Virus record (IMG/VR): IMGVR_UViG_3300023218_000062
DNA: 64,000 nucleotides
Direction: 5' to 3' (one strand)
DNA from: a virus
Lineage: Duplodnaviria; Caudoviricetes
Part shown: piece by piece, positions 6,200-13,792 of the stretch
Position numbering within the stretch: the stretch's first letter is position 1
Layout of the letters: the number at the start of each line of letters is the position of its first letter
Position numbers and translations under genes: made by a program
Notes under the pieces: generated by a model
The model's database searches: none
Seen by the model: the letters and a program-made list of their open reading frames with translations, nothing else
What the model was told of the DNA's origin: nothing

Positions 6200-6463
6200 A
6201 ATTTTATCCTTTTCCGTATCCTTAGTTTGTAACCAAGCTCTTTTTTATTGAGCTATGGGGGTATGATTTTTATCCTAAAATTCTTCGTGGAATTCCATAG
6301 GCTTTCGCTATAGCTTTATTAAACTTTTCGATTAAATCGGTATAGTCTTTAGAACCTCTAGTATCATTTATTGTTCTAATATATTTATATTTCATTATCA
6401 TATCTTTATTTGATTCAGAACGATAGCGTCAACGCCATTTGCTCTTCGCCCCTGTCGTTAAAT

Positions 6464-6538
6464 TAGTGGGAACTTCAGGTTTCGCGCCTGCCCCCTGAGG
6501 CTTCAACTCAGCGCTTCCACTAGGTTAGCGTAGTTCCC
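6464..6538 (-). tRNA. tRNA-Phe(GAA), atypical
   Basis: Acceptor GGGAACT/AGTTCCC, CTGAG-TTGAAGC-CTCAG; T-loop CGCGAAA; 3' end ACTA instead of ACCA. Confidence 0.7.
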
Positions 6539-6602
6539 CCATTATTTATTATTTATTATTTTTCATAATAGGCGTTTTTCCACAAGTTTGTATCTAGTTT
6601 TT

Positions 6603-7073
6603 TCATTTTGAAGATTTCAGTAGTTCTTCCACATCATTTATTAGTCTTTTATAATCTTTAAGTTCTACCATAAGAGAATAGATGATGAGTCGTGCAATAT
6701 CATTATCTAATTCTTCACTTAATCTTTCACCTTCATTTAGAAGGAAAGAATGGTCAAAGAAATTATATCCTTTAGCTACATATTCATCAAATAACTCTCC
6801 TATACTTTTTTCAGTTTTTATATTTTCTCCATCCTGTATTTTAGTTAAAGGTATAGAAATTAATTGGGTTGGAACGAATTCTTGTGGGAACATGGTGTTC
6901 TCGTTTTTAGGCCATCCTGTCAACAAAATACTTTCAATTGTGCCATTATTACTTCTAATTATTCGAAGGCTCAAATTATCAAAATTTTTTGAATTATATT
7001 CATTATTAAATAATTTTACTAAATCTTCTATGAATTCTGTCGTAGCTGTAATTTTATATTTCATGAGTGTCAA
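6603..7073 (-). CDS. hypothetical protein
   Basis: ORF track; co-directional with neighbours, AAGGA upstream. Confidence 0.6.
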   Translation of the reverse strand: MTLMKYKITATTEFIEDLVKLFNNEYNSKNFDNLSLRIIRSNNGTIESILLTGWPKNENTMFPQEFVPTQLISIPLTKIQDGENIKTEKSIGELFDEYVAKGYNFFDHSFLLNEGERLSEELDNDIARLIIYSLMVELKDYKRLINDVEELLKSSK

Positions 7074-7142
7074 TCCTTATTTTTATGTTTTGCGGACAAA
7101 TATATCATGTTAGGTATATAATGTCAAACTTCATAATATTCT

Positions 7143-7343
7143 TTATTTGTATAATAATATATAAACAAAAAATGGCAAAAACATTATTGCTCCAATCACC
7201 TGAAAAATTGTTGCAATTGTATATACATTTGTATCGTTGACTCTTAGAATGTATTTTAATAATTGAAAATCTATACCCGGAATCCATACCATGATATATC
7301 CAATTAACATTACGAAAAGCATTATTCCGTCTATCGTATTCAT
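7143..7343 (-). CDS. small membrane protein
   Basis: ORF track; hydrophobic. Confidence 0.5.
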   Translation of the reverse strand: MNTIDGIMLFVMLIGYIMVWIPGIDFQLLKYILRVNDTNVYTIATIFQVIGAIMFLPFFVYILLYK

Positions 7344-7463
7344 TTTTATATCAAATCCTATATATTCAATTCTATAGGTTTGGATTTAGATATTTGTCTT
7401 CCTGTATATCTCCATTTGTAGTGTATAGTTAAAAACTCTATTATATCATTTTCTTTAATTTAT

Positions 7464-7539
7464 TGGCGGTACAGACCGGGTACGATCCGGCATCATCTTC
7501 CGTGACAGGGAAGTATTTTACCAATTAAACTACTGCACC
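7464..7539 (-). tRNA. tRNA-Asp(GUC)
   Basis: CTTCC-CTGTCAC-GGAAG, G73, CCA; T-loop ATCGTAC. Confidence 0.95.
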
Positions 7540-7620
7540 GTACTTATTCCTTCTCTTGTCACACCAACTTCATATATTATTAGTATAATATTCATTTAAA
7601 TGTTCTTTAGCCCATTTTAA

Positions 7621-7692
7621 TTGTGGAGCTACGGGGTAACGATCCCCGCCATCGTGATTGCAAATCACAAGTCTGTCCCATACAGCAGCCCC
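7621..7692 (-). tRNA. tRNA-Ala(UGC), non-canonical D-arm
   Basis: Acceptor GGGGCTG/TAGCTCC with G3:U70 and A73; TGTGA-TTTGCAA-TCACG; T-loop ATCGTTA; 3' ACAA. Confidence 0.75.
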
Positions 7693-7749
7693 ATTACTAT
7701 ATGACAATAATACCTCAACAGTTCAATATTGCCAAGGTGTTTTTAAAAA

Positions 7750-7780
7750 TGGTGTCACTGACACGATTCGAACGCGCATC
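7750..7780 (-). pseudogene. orphan tRNA 3' fragment (T-arm plus acceptor strand)
   Basis: GCGCG-TTCGAAT-CGTGT-CAGTGAC-A-CCA with no matching 5' strand found nearby. Confidence 0.5.
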
Positions 7781-7911
7781 CCGAATATCGTCACCATCCC
7801 ATCTTACATCGTATTTTTCATTCTACAAGAAGAATTCCATCCACGATTCCGCCCATTTATTTTTTATAGTGCTGATGGGGTCTCGTTCCCTCTTGCACTG
7901 TTCTTAAGCAT

Positions 7912-7941
7912 AAAAAAGGCAGCTAAAAAAGCTGTCTTTTT
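7912..7941. terminator. bidirectional intrinsic terminator
   Basis: A-run, GGCAGCT/AGCTGTC hairpin, T-run. Confidence 0.7.
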
Positions 7942-8458
7942 GTCTTTTTATTTTGTAGAATATCTTTTACATTCTACTCCAACCTTCAGACAAAAAGGCA
8001 CTATTAGGCGCTTTCGCATCAAAAAAGCGTTAATTAATATCTCTATAACCTTCGGACGTAATTTCTCTTACGCCTTCACTAATTTTAGTTTTTCATTAAA
8101 TAAAGTCATTTTTATTTCTTTTTTATCCTTGTTATATTTATTTATGTTCATTTTCATTAAATCTGTGTGGGTTTACTTATTTATGATAACACCCGGTTTT
8201 ATAATAGAACCAATTGGTCCATCACCTGTTGGATCTATACTAATCATCCTAACCAGCCCTCTCGGGAGATACCGCCCCATCCTTCATTAGTGGCTCCAAG
8301 ACCTGATCCGTGTTCAATTCCAGCCACGCCGGTGTCATCATTAATGAACTTATGCCCGTCAATAATTATATCTGTACTCATAATTTATCTCCTTTAGTTT
8401 CTTATATCCTATCACGTTTATTTATGGTTGTCAATACTTTTTTACAACTTTTTGAATT

Positions 8459-8534
8459 TGGAGCGGCCAATCGGGCACGATCCGATAACCTGATGCTTGG
8501 AAGGCATCTGCTCTACCAATTGAGCTATAGCCGC
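8459..8534 (-). tRNA. tRNA-Gly(UCC)
   Basis: GATGC-CTTCCAA-GCATC, U73, CCA; T-loop ATCGTGC. Confidence 0.95.
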
Positions 8535-8558
8535 ATTTAAATTTAAATCTATTTATAT

Positions 8559-8587
8559 ACTCTACAATGTTTAAATTGTTTTGTCAA
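8559..8587 (-). promoter_or_regulatory. sigma70-type promoter for the tRNA cluster
   Basis: TTGACA-17 bp-TAGAGT; near-identical copy at 9199-9227. Confidence 0.65.
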
Positions 8588-8595
8588 GTTAATAT

Positions 8596-9192
8596 TCAAT
8601 CGTTAAAGAAAATTGGCCAAGAATTGCCGTCTTCATTTAAACTAGGAAGTGTTCTATCAAACATTTCTAATGTATTATTTGGAGAACCTTCTATTAGTAC
8701 TCTCCAATCGGTTTGTTGAATATTGCTAATTTTATCATTTTTATTTTCATATTCTACCTTTTCACCTGTTTTAATATTTAACCATTGTAACTTAAACCGC
8801 TCTGATTTATTTAACTCATCATACAATGTTTTACCATCTTGAGTTAATGCACCATAATCAATAATGGATGATCCTAGTTTAGTCTTTACAAAAAATAATA
8901 ACCTTTTAACTAGAGATTTTTTTCTATGCTCTGGCAATGTATATGCTACCAATAATATATGGTTGTTATTTTTAACAGTTGTTTGTATAAAAGATAGTAC
9001 TTTAGGTTCCTTGTCCGCAGATAAAAAATAAAATGTAGTGTTTTTGTAAATCGATTTAAACACATAATAACTATCTAAATCTGCTATATATTCATTATTA
9101 TTTTCTAAATGTTTGATGGTATGTGTTATATCTGGAAAATGATTTAACATTAAAGTCATTTCCTTTAAGGATACAAGATCGTTTAGTTTCAT
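8596..9192 (-). CDS. hypothetical protein, possible GNAT-like fold
   Basis: AYTLPEHRKKSLVKRLL and LTQDGKTLY segments loosely resemble an acetyl-CoA-binding motif. Confidence 0.45.
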   Translation of the reverse strand: MKLNDLVSLKEMTLMLNHFPDITHTIKHLENNNEYIADLDSYYVFKSIYKNTTFYFLSADKEPKVLSFIQTTVKNNNHILLVAYTLPEHRKKSLVKRLLFFVKTKLGSSIIDYGALTQDGKTLYDELNKSERFKLQWLNIKTGEKVEYENKNDKISNIQQTDWRVLIEGSPNNTLEMFDRTLPSLNEDGNSWPIFFND

Positions 9193-9198
9193 TATTAT

Positions 9199-9227
9199 AT
9201 CCTACAATGTTTAACTTGTTTTGTCAA
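9199..9227 (-). promoter_or_regulatory. sigma70-type promoter
   Basis: TTGACA-17 bp-TAGGAT. Confidence 0.65.
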
Positions 9228-9805
9228 GTTTTATTCATATGGGGAAAATTAGAATAATTAAGTTCAGGAAAGCTAGAATGTAAAAAGTTTAATAATTTAG
9301 ATGGTTTATCATCGTTTATATGATAGCATAAAAAATTATTTTTATCATTAAAAAATTTAAGTATATTATAATGGTGAGAAAACCATTCCATCTTCCAATA
9401 ATGTTTAACTTCATCATATGTTTCAAAATTTAATACTTTTCGATATCTTTCCATTAAATCGGAATGATTGACTCTGCTGGGTATCCAATCCTCTACATGT
9501 CTGGTATTTAATATATAATAAGAATCTGGATACCATTTATAAATGTAATCAAAATGTTTATACGGTTCAATAATTTCTTTTTCTGAAACAAATATCATGT
9601 CAGAAAATGCTATGATATTACTATAATTCTTGAATGGTTTTTCATTTAATTTTTTATTTTCAATGAAGAATTTGGCTATATTTCCACAATCCCAATGTAC
9701 CGACGATATGTCATTCTTTAGAAAGAATTCGTGAAAACTTGTGGTTCCACATTTGTTAAATCCGACTAAAAATATTTTACGATTTTTGGAATCTTTAACC
9801 AACAT
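9224..9805 (-). CDS. sulfotransferase (P-loop type)
   Basis: KIFLVGFNKCGTTSFHEFF PAPS-binding loop and YYILNTR; start moved to the ATG at 9805. Confidence 0.8.
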   Translation of the reverse strand: MLVKDSKNRKIFLVGFNKCGTTSFHEFFLKNDISSVHWDCGNIAKFFIENKKLNEKPFKNYSNIIAFSDMIFVSEKEIIEPYKHFDYIYKWYPDSYYILNTRHVEDWIPSRVNHSDLMERYRKVLNFETYDEVKHYWKMEWFSHHYNILKFFNDKNNFLCYHINDDKPSKLLNFLHSSFPELNYSNFPHMNKT

Positions 9806-10070
9806 ATTCTGCAAATTTTTCTGCAGACGACTTTGCATCATCTAAATTTTTAATGGTTTTTGTACCATGTTTATTATATGGTGTACTATCGCTACCGTAT
9901 TCAGGATCAAATATTTTATCACCTATTTTAAAACCTGCGACTGCACGATGACTCCATCCATACCATATTCCCTTATCTTCGTCAAGACCAGTAGGTCCTT
10001 TTCCTCTTTTAGTAATATTATATTTTTTTACAATGTCTTTAGTAGACTCAAATAGTTGTTGTAATTTCAT
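9795..10070 (-). CDS. hypothetical protein, possible virion internal protein
   Basis: Begins MKLQQLFE; WYGWSHRA motif. Confidence 0.6.
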   Translation of the reverse strand: MKLQQLFESTKDIVKKYNITKRGKGPTGLDEDKGIWYGWSHRAVAGFKIGDKIFDPEYGSDSTPYNKHGTKTIKNLDDAKSSAEKFAEYVG

Positions 10071-10099
10071 ATTAATCTGCTTCCCATTCACCAAATGAA

Positions 10100-11053
10100 T
10101 TAAACGTTGCCAATCAATGGTGCTTTTCCATCATCGATAATGGTCCATCCTAAATCATTAATTAAATAATTTCTAGCATCTTCAACATTGTCGAATTGCC
10201 CGGATATATTAGAAAATGTTTCTGTGGAATATAAAATACCTTCCGCATTTAACGTTTTACCTGTTACAACACCACCACGATCATATATATTATTTGCCCA
10301 TCCAAGTAGTGTTCTCGCGTAATTTTCGGGCGACATTGCCGACTGAAAGAACATAGTATTAAGAATAGCATTTGGGTTTAATTCCCAATTTTCTAAAGAA
10401 AAATTAAAATCTGACGATTCAAACATTCCTGAAAGAATTATTACTGTTGAAACATCCCATTCAGAGACTGATTTCATGGCCGACTCTTGCCAATTAGTTG
10501 TATTTGAAAACATTTCCTCTGCCGATATGGGCATATTTGGGGGGAGCGCCTCAAAATCCTCAATGTTTAAAAGGCTTCTTCCCTTGAATACATCAGTTGC
10601 AAATACAAACTCAGAATACATTAATTCCCCAAATTTAAACGAAGTAATACGTTCAGAAAGACTATCTGATAATATTTTAACAAAAGATAGTATATTATCC
10701 GACGAAATTTTTATTATGTATTGGCCGGATTCATTATAACTATGGTTTCTAGATACGGCATTACCTGACAAAATTTCAACGTTCCCATCCCCCCAGTCAA
10801 TCTCAAATTCAGTATTACCACCAAATCCCATAATAAGACCGCCGATTTCCAAATCATTAGTTAGTGTTGTATCAATATGTATGGACATTGGAATTAGTTC
10901 TTCATGAAACTCACTTTCATTCCCTCGTATTCTGGAAGGTCTTAAATTATCATGAAAGTAGATAAAATTTTCAGAATCACCGACTGCATCTATAAAAGTT
11001 ATAACAGGTCTATTAGAGTCATTAGGATTATTGGGGCTATATACAATAGTCAC
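10100..11053 (-). CDS. PKD-like plus DUF285/BspA-like repeat protein
   Basis: IDWGDG...HSY...GQYIIKI and WDVSTV..SGMF..S.FN..LENW repeats; TATAAATA upstream at 11079-11086. Confidence 0.75.
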   Translation of the reverse strand: MTIVYSPNNPNDSNRPVITFIDAVGDSENFIYFHDNLRPSRIRGNESEFHEELIPMSIHIDTTLTNDLEIGGLIMGFGGNTEFEIDWGDGNVEILSGNAVSRNHSYNESGQYIIKISSDNILSFVKILSDSLSERITSFKFGELMYSEFVFATDVFKGRSLLNIEDFEALPPNMPISAEEMFSNTTNWQESAMKSVSEWDVSTVIILSGMFESSDFNFSLENWELNPNAILNTMFFQSAMSPENYARTLLGWANNIYDRGGVVTGKTLNAEGILYSTETFSNISGQFDNVEDARNYLINDLGWTIIDDGKAPLIGNV

Positions 11054-11321
11054 ATTTATATACGCAATATTTTACATATATTTATATAAACCTAAACTTA
11101 TTTAAAAATGTTTTGACATAAGGAGGGGATATTCTTAAATAGTCATATATCGAAAATATTAATATAATCTCTTGTGGGCAAATATGTATCATTTTTTAAC
11201 CTCTTCGTTATTTGTTTTGTATAAAGATCTTATGGCGCTTACTGCAGAAATTGTTATTTTTTCCAGATTTCATTTTCTTTATAATTTTCATATGTCCATG
11301 GATGAAACTTAAACATCGGAA

Positions 11322-11619
11322 CTATTTGGTCAATTTTTCTATCAACCATGCTTCTAATAAGATACATAAACAATTCAGGACACCGCACGAATACTCGCAA
11401 AAATTTACAATATCTCGGCCATACATTTTTATATTGTCAATTGCAGTCAATAGTCTAATACCTCTAAGATCTACGTCGTCAACCAATTGAGTAGGATTAA
11501 TTTTATCATTTTCAACATCTATCTATTAAACATGTTAGTGTGTGTACTGCCTCTGGATTATTATCTGATAATTTCACTATAGCGGATGTTTCTGTATCTT
11601 TTGCCATTAATCTATGCAT
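11322..11619 (-). pseudogene. frameshifted phage hypothetical
   Basis: MHRLMAKD...KLSDNNPEA..TL.CLID continues in another frame as DVEND...LLTAIDNIKMYG; an ATAG duplication at 11517-11524 explains the shift. Confidence 0.55.
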
Positions 11620-11661
11620 TTTTTTAATTTCCTTATACTTAAAAATTCAATTCTGGTTATT

Positions 11662-11910
11662 CTATTTGACTTCATAATAATAAGGATGAACTCTATCATC
11701 ACACATCATACATTCAATTTCATTTATGGGAATTGCTTGTACATTTAAAACGTTATCGGTATTATTACCTAAAAATAACTTGTATCCTTCCAATGTTATA
11801 TTGGTTACTTCAAATTTTTGTTTATTACTCTTAAGAGAAAATCCACCAGTTTCATTTGGAAATGGTTTTACAGAAAATGATTGTGGTCGAAATTGTATTT
11901 TGTTATTCAT
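11662..11910 (-). CDS. hypothetical protein
   Basis: ORF track; start overlaps the upstream stop. Confidence 0.6.
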   Translation of the reverse strand: MNNKIQFRPQSFSVKPFPNETGGFSLKSNKQKFEVTNITLEGYKLFLGNNTDNVLNVQAIPINEIECMMCDDRVHPYYYEVK

Positions 11911-12214
11911 GGCTGGGTTCCTTTTGTTTGTAATCTTTTAAAACTGCTACGTTTGAGTCCAAACCCTTTCGTTCTTTTTTGAATTCATGGGTGGTATTTT
12001 TTTTAGTTCTCTCATTATTTATTTCTTTTTTACTCGTTATCATTTTTCCGATTTCTTTTTTGTGTTCTGCTACAAAATCTGGCAGATCATCTTCAGATAT
12101 TGCCAACATTATAGCAATGGCATATGGTTCTAAAGCTTGAGTTAAGGAAATAATTTGTTTCTTATCTAATGCAAGTTTACTCCCATTGTCAAATTCTATC
12201 AAATGTTTAATCAT
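11903..12214 (-). CDS. hypothetical protein
   Basis: ORF track; coupled to neighbours. Confidence 0.6.
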   Translation of the reverse strand: MIKHLIEFDNGSKLALDKKQIISLTQALEPYAIAIMLAISEDDLPDFVAEHKKEIGKMITSKKEINNERTKKNTTHEFKKERKGLDSNVAVLKDYKQKEPSHE

Positions 12215-13038
12215 AATAATTGACTTTCCTTTTTAAAATTTTCTAAAACAATACTGTTTACGTTTTTTATGACTTGATGTACATCCATTCCATACCACCC
12301 AGCACATGAAAATGAATTCAATTCAATTATTTTAGGGCCATTATCTGTCATTGCAATATCCATCGTATATAAATCATCTGGAGTCCAAGTAGTATGATTT
12401 ATTATATCTTTTGCAAACATGATGGCAGATGTGTCGGTGTTTTTATCTTGGACCATATTGTCATCAACCATATATCTTGAATAGTCTATTATTTCATTAT
12501 TTCCTATAAGAAATCTTGATTCTTCATATATTTTTTTGGGTGTAGATATGAGTATCATAGATTCAGGTGCTAAATTATATAAATTATTCATAACATTTAT
12601 GTCTGTATCAATGGACCTTTTTGGAATCACATTTCCGGTAAAAGATTTTATACCATCTAACGGTCTAAAGAATAAACTATCTTTTTGAAATAAATCGTAA
12701 TAATATATGGGGTCTGAAATAATATTTGAAAAGGTAGAGTATACATGATCATCATTCAAATACATACTGGAATCTCCAAAGAGAGACATATATACGTTTG
12801 TCTTAAAATTAAATTCATTAAAGTAGCAACCATAAAAACTTCTTAAGTTCCTAACAGCATTGACCGTCCCATACACTACTACTGGTTCAGTTGGTGAAAA
12901 TGGAATATCTTCTGAGCCACCTTGCATAAATGGTATATATTCAAATTCGAACAAATCTGTTTCTAATTTTTCAAATTCTTTTCTAGGTATTTTATTATTT
13001 TTGAATATGTGTTTATCGACTATCCACTTGACTTCCAT
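12211..13038 (-). CDS. ATP-grasp protein (DUF4343/R2K-like)
   Basis: FFRPLDGIKSFTG, ESRF, YTMDIA..GPKIIELN...AGWY motifs. Confidence 0.8.
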   Translation of the reverse strand: MEVKWIVDKHIFKNNKIPRKEFEKLETDLFEFEYIPFMQGGSEDIPFSPTEPVVVYGTVNAVRNLRSFYGCYFNEFNFKTNVYMSLFGDSSMYLNDDHVYSTFSNIISDPIYYYDLFQKDSLFFRPLDGIKSFTGNVIPKRSIDTDINVMNNLYNLAPESMILISTPKKIYEESRFLIGNNEIIDYSRYMVDDNMVQDKNTDTSAIMFAKDIINHTTWTPDDLYTMDIAMTDNGPKIIELNSFSCAGWYGMDVHQVIKNVNSIVLENFKKESQLL

Positions 13039-13066
13039 TATAATATTCCTTTAATAATATTGACTC

Positions 13067-13095
13067 ATTCTAATCTCATATTAGTTGAATGTCAA
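13067..13095 (-). promoter_or_regulatory. sigma70-type promoter
   Basis: TTGACA-17 bp-TAGAAT. Confidence 0.6.
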
Positions 13096-13098
13096 CTA

Positions 13099-13596
13099 TC
13101 ATGTAGAAGCTTGGGCTAAATATTTCCAAAAATTATCGGGTTCATGATCTAAGTATATATATTTTTTTCTAACTCGTACCCAAAATGAGCGGTGTCCGTC
13201 CCTGAAATCAATATCTAAGTGCATCATGGGGCCGGGCTGGTTTCTATTTCTGATAGTGTCTAAATATACACCTATTCCTCCCCAATTGGGATTTTCGACA
13301 GCTTTTAACCAACAATCTCTAACATCCCCCCGTGGAAATACATCGGTAGCTTGGCCTAGTTCACCAGTATTAAAATTTATAAAATGTCTACTAGTTATAG
13401 AACCATCGGTACGTACCAGTCCTCTTGGGTGTTGTGAAGGAATAATAGGTTTACCATATGTTTCTCTTAAATCATCCAAATTTGATATGACTCTATAATC
13501 TACATATTTAAGTTCTTCTGGATTGGGCCATTCATTTATTGAAAAGTATTCAGCATAGCCTTTTTCAATAAATTCATATGCATTATTGTAATTCAT
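13099..13596 (-). CDS. peptidase M15A-like Zn metallopeptidase (possible endolysin)
   Basis: SRH...ATD...GIGVY...MHLD zinc-ligand pattern. Confidence 0.7.
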   Translation of the reverse strand: MNYNNAYEFIEKGYAEYFSINEWPNPEELKYVDYRVISNLDDLRETYGKPIIPSQHPRGLVRTDGSITSRHFINFNTGELGQATDVFPRGDVRDCWLKAVENPNWGGIGVYLDTIRNRNQPGPMMHLDIDFRDGHRSFWVRVRKKYIYLDHEPDNFWKYLAQAST

Positions 13597-13792
13597 TTAT
13601 TACCTGCGTGTCGTTGTTAATTCTTAGCTTTACTTCACTCATCTTCTCTTTTCTATCATCGTCACTATAACTAGACCATTTAATTATTTCTTCTTTGGTT
13701 CTTTTGCATTCTGAACAAATGCCATCTACTAGATGGCATTCTGAACAAATGCCATCTACTAGATGGCATTTTCTTATACACGGAGATATCAT
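13583..13792 (-). CDS. DUF1289-like Cys-rich protein with an internal 10-aa duplication
   Basis: SPC...C...C.RT.EEI..W; CHLVDGICSE occurs twice. Confidence 0.7.
   Translation of the reverse strand: MISPCIRKCHLVDGICSECHLVDGICSECKRTKEEIIKWSSYSDDDRKEKMSEVKLRINNDTQVINELQ

Noticed and set aside
6415-6462. Small GC-rich three-way-junction-like fold after tRNA-Phe
   Set aside because: Stems are short (AACGA/TCGTT, GGCG/CGCT), there is a single copy and no supporting motif.
7868-7910. Second tRNA 3'-half remnant (GAGGG-AACGAGA-CCCC-ATCAGCAC)
   Set aside because: The T-loop and CCA are too degenerate to call.
7623-8540. Plus-strand ORFs 7623-7907, 7658-8290, 8167-8397 and 8310-8540
   Set aside because: Antisense to tRNAs, a terminator and minus-strand promoters; no recognisable protein features.
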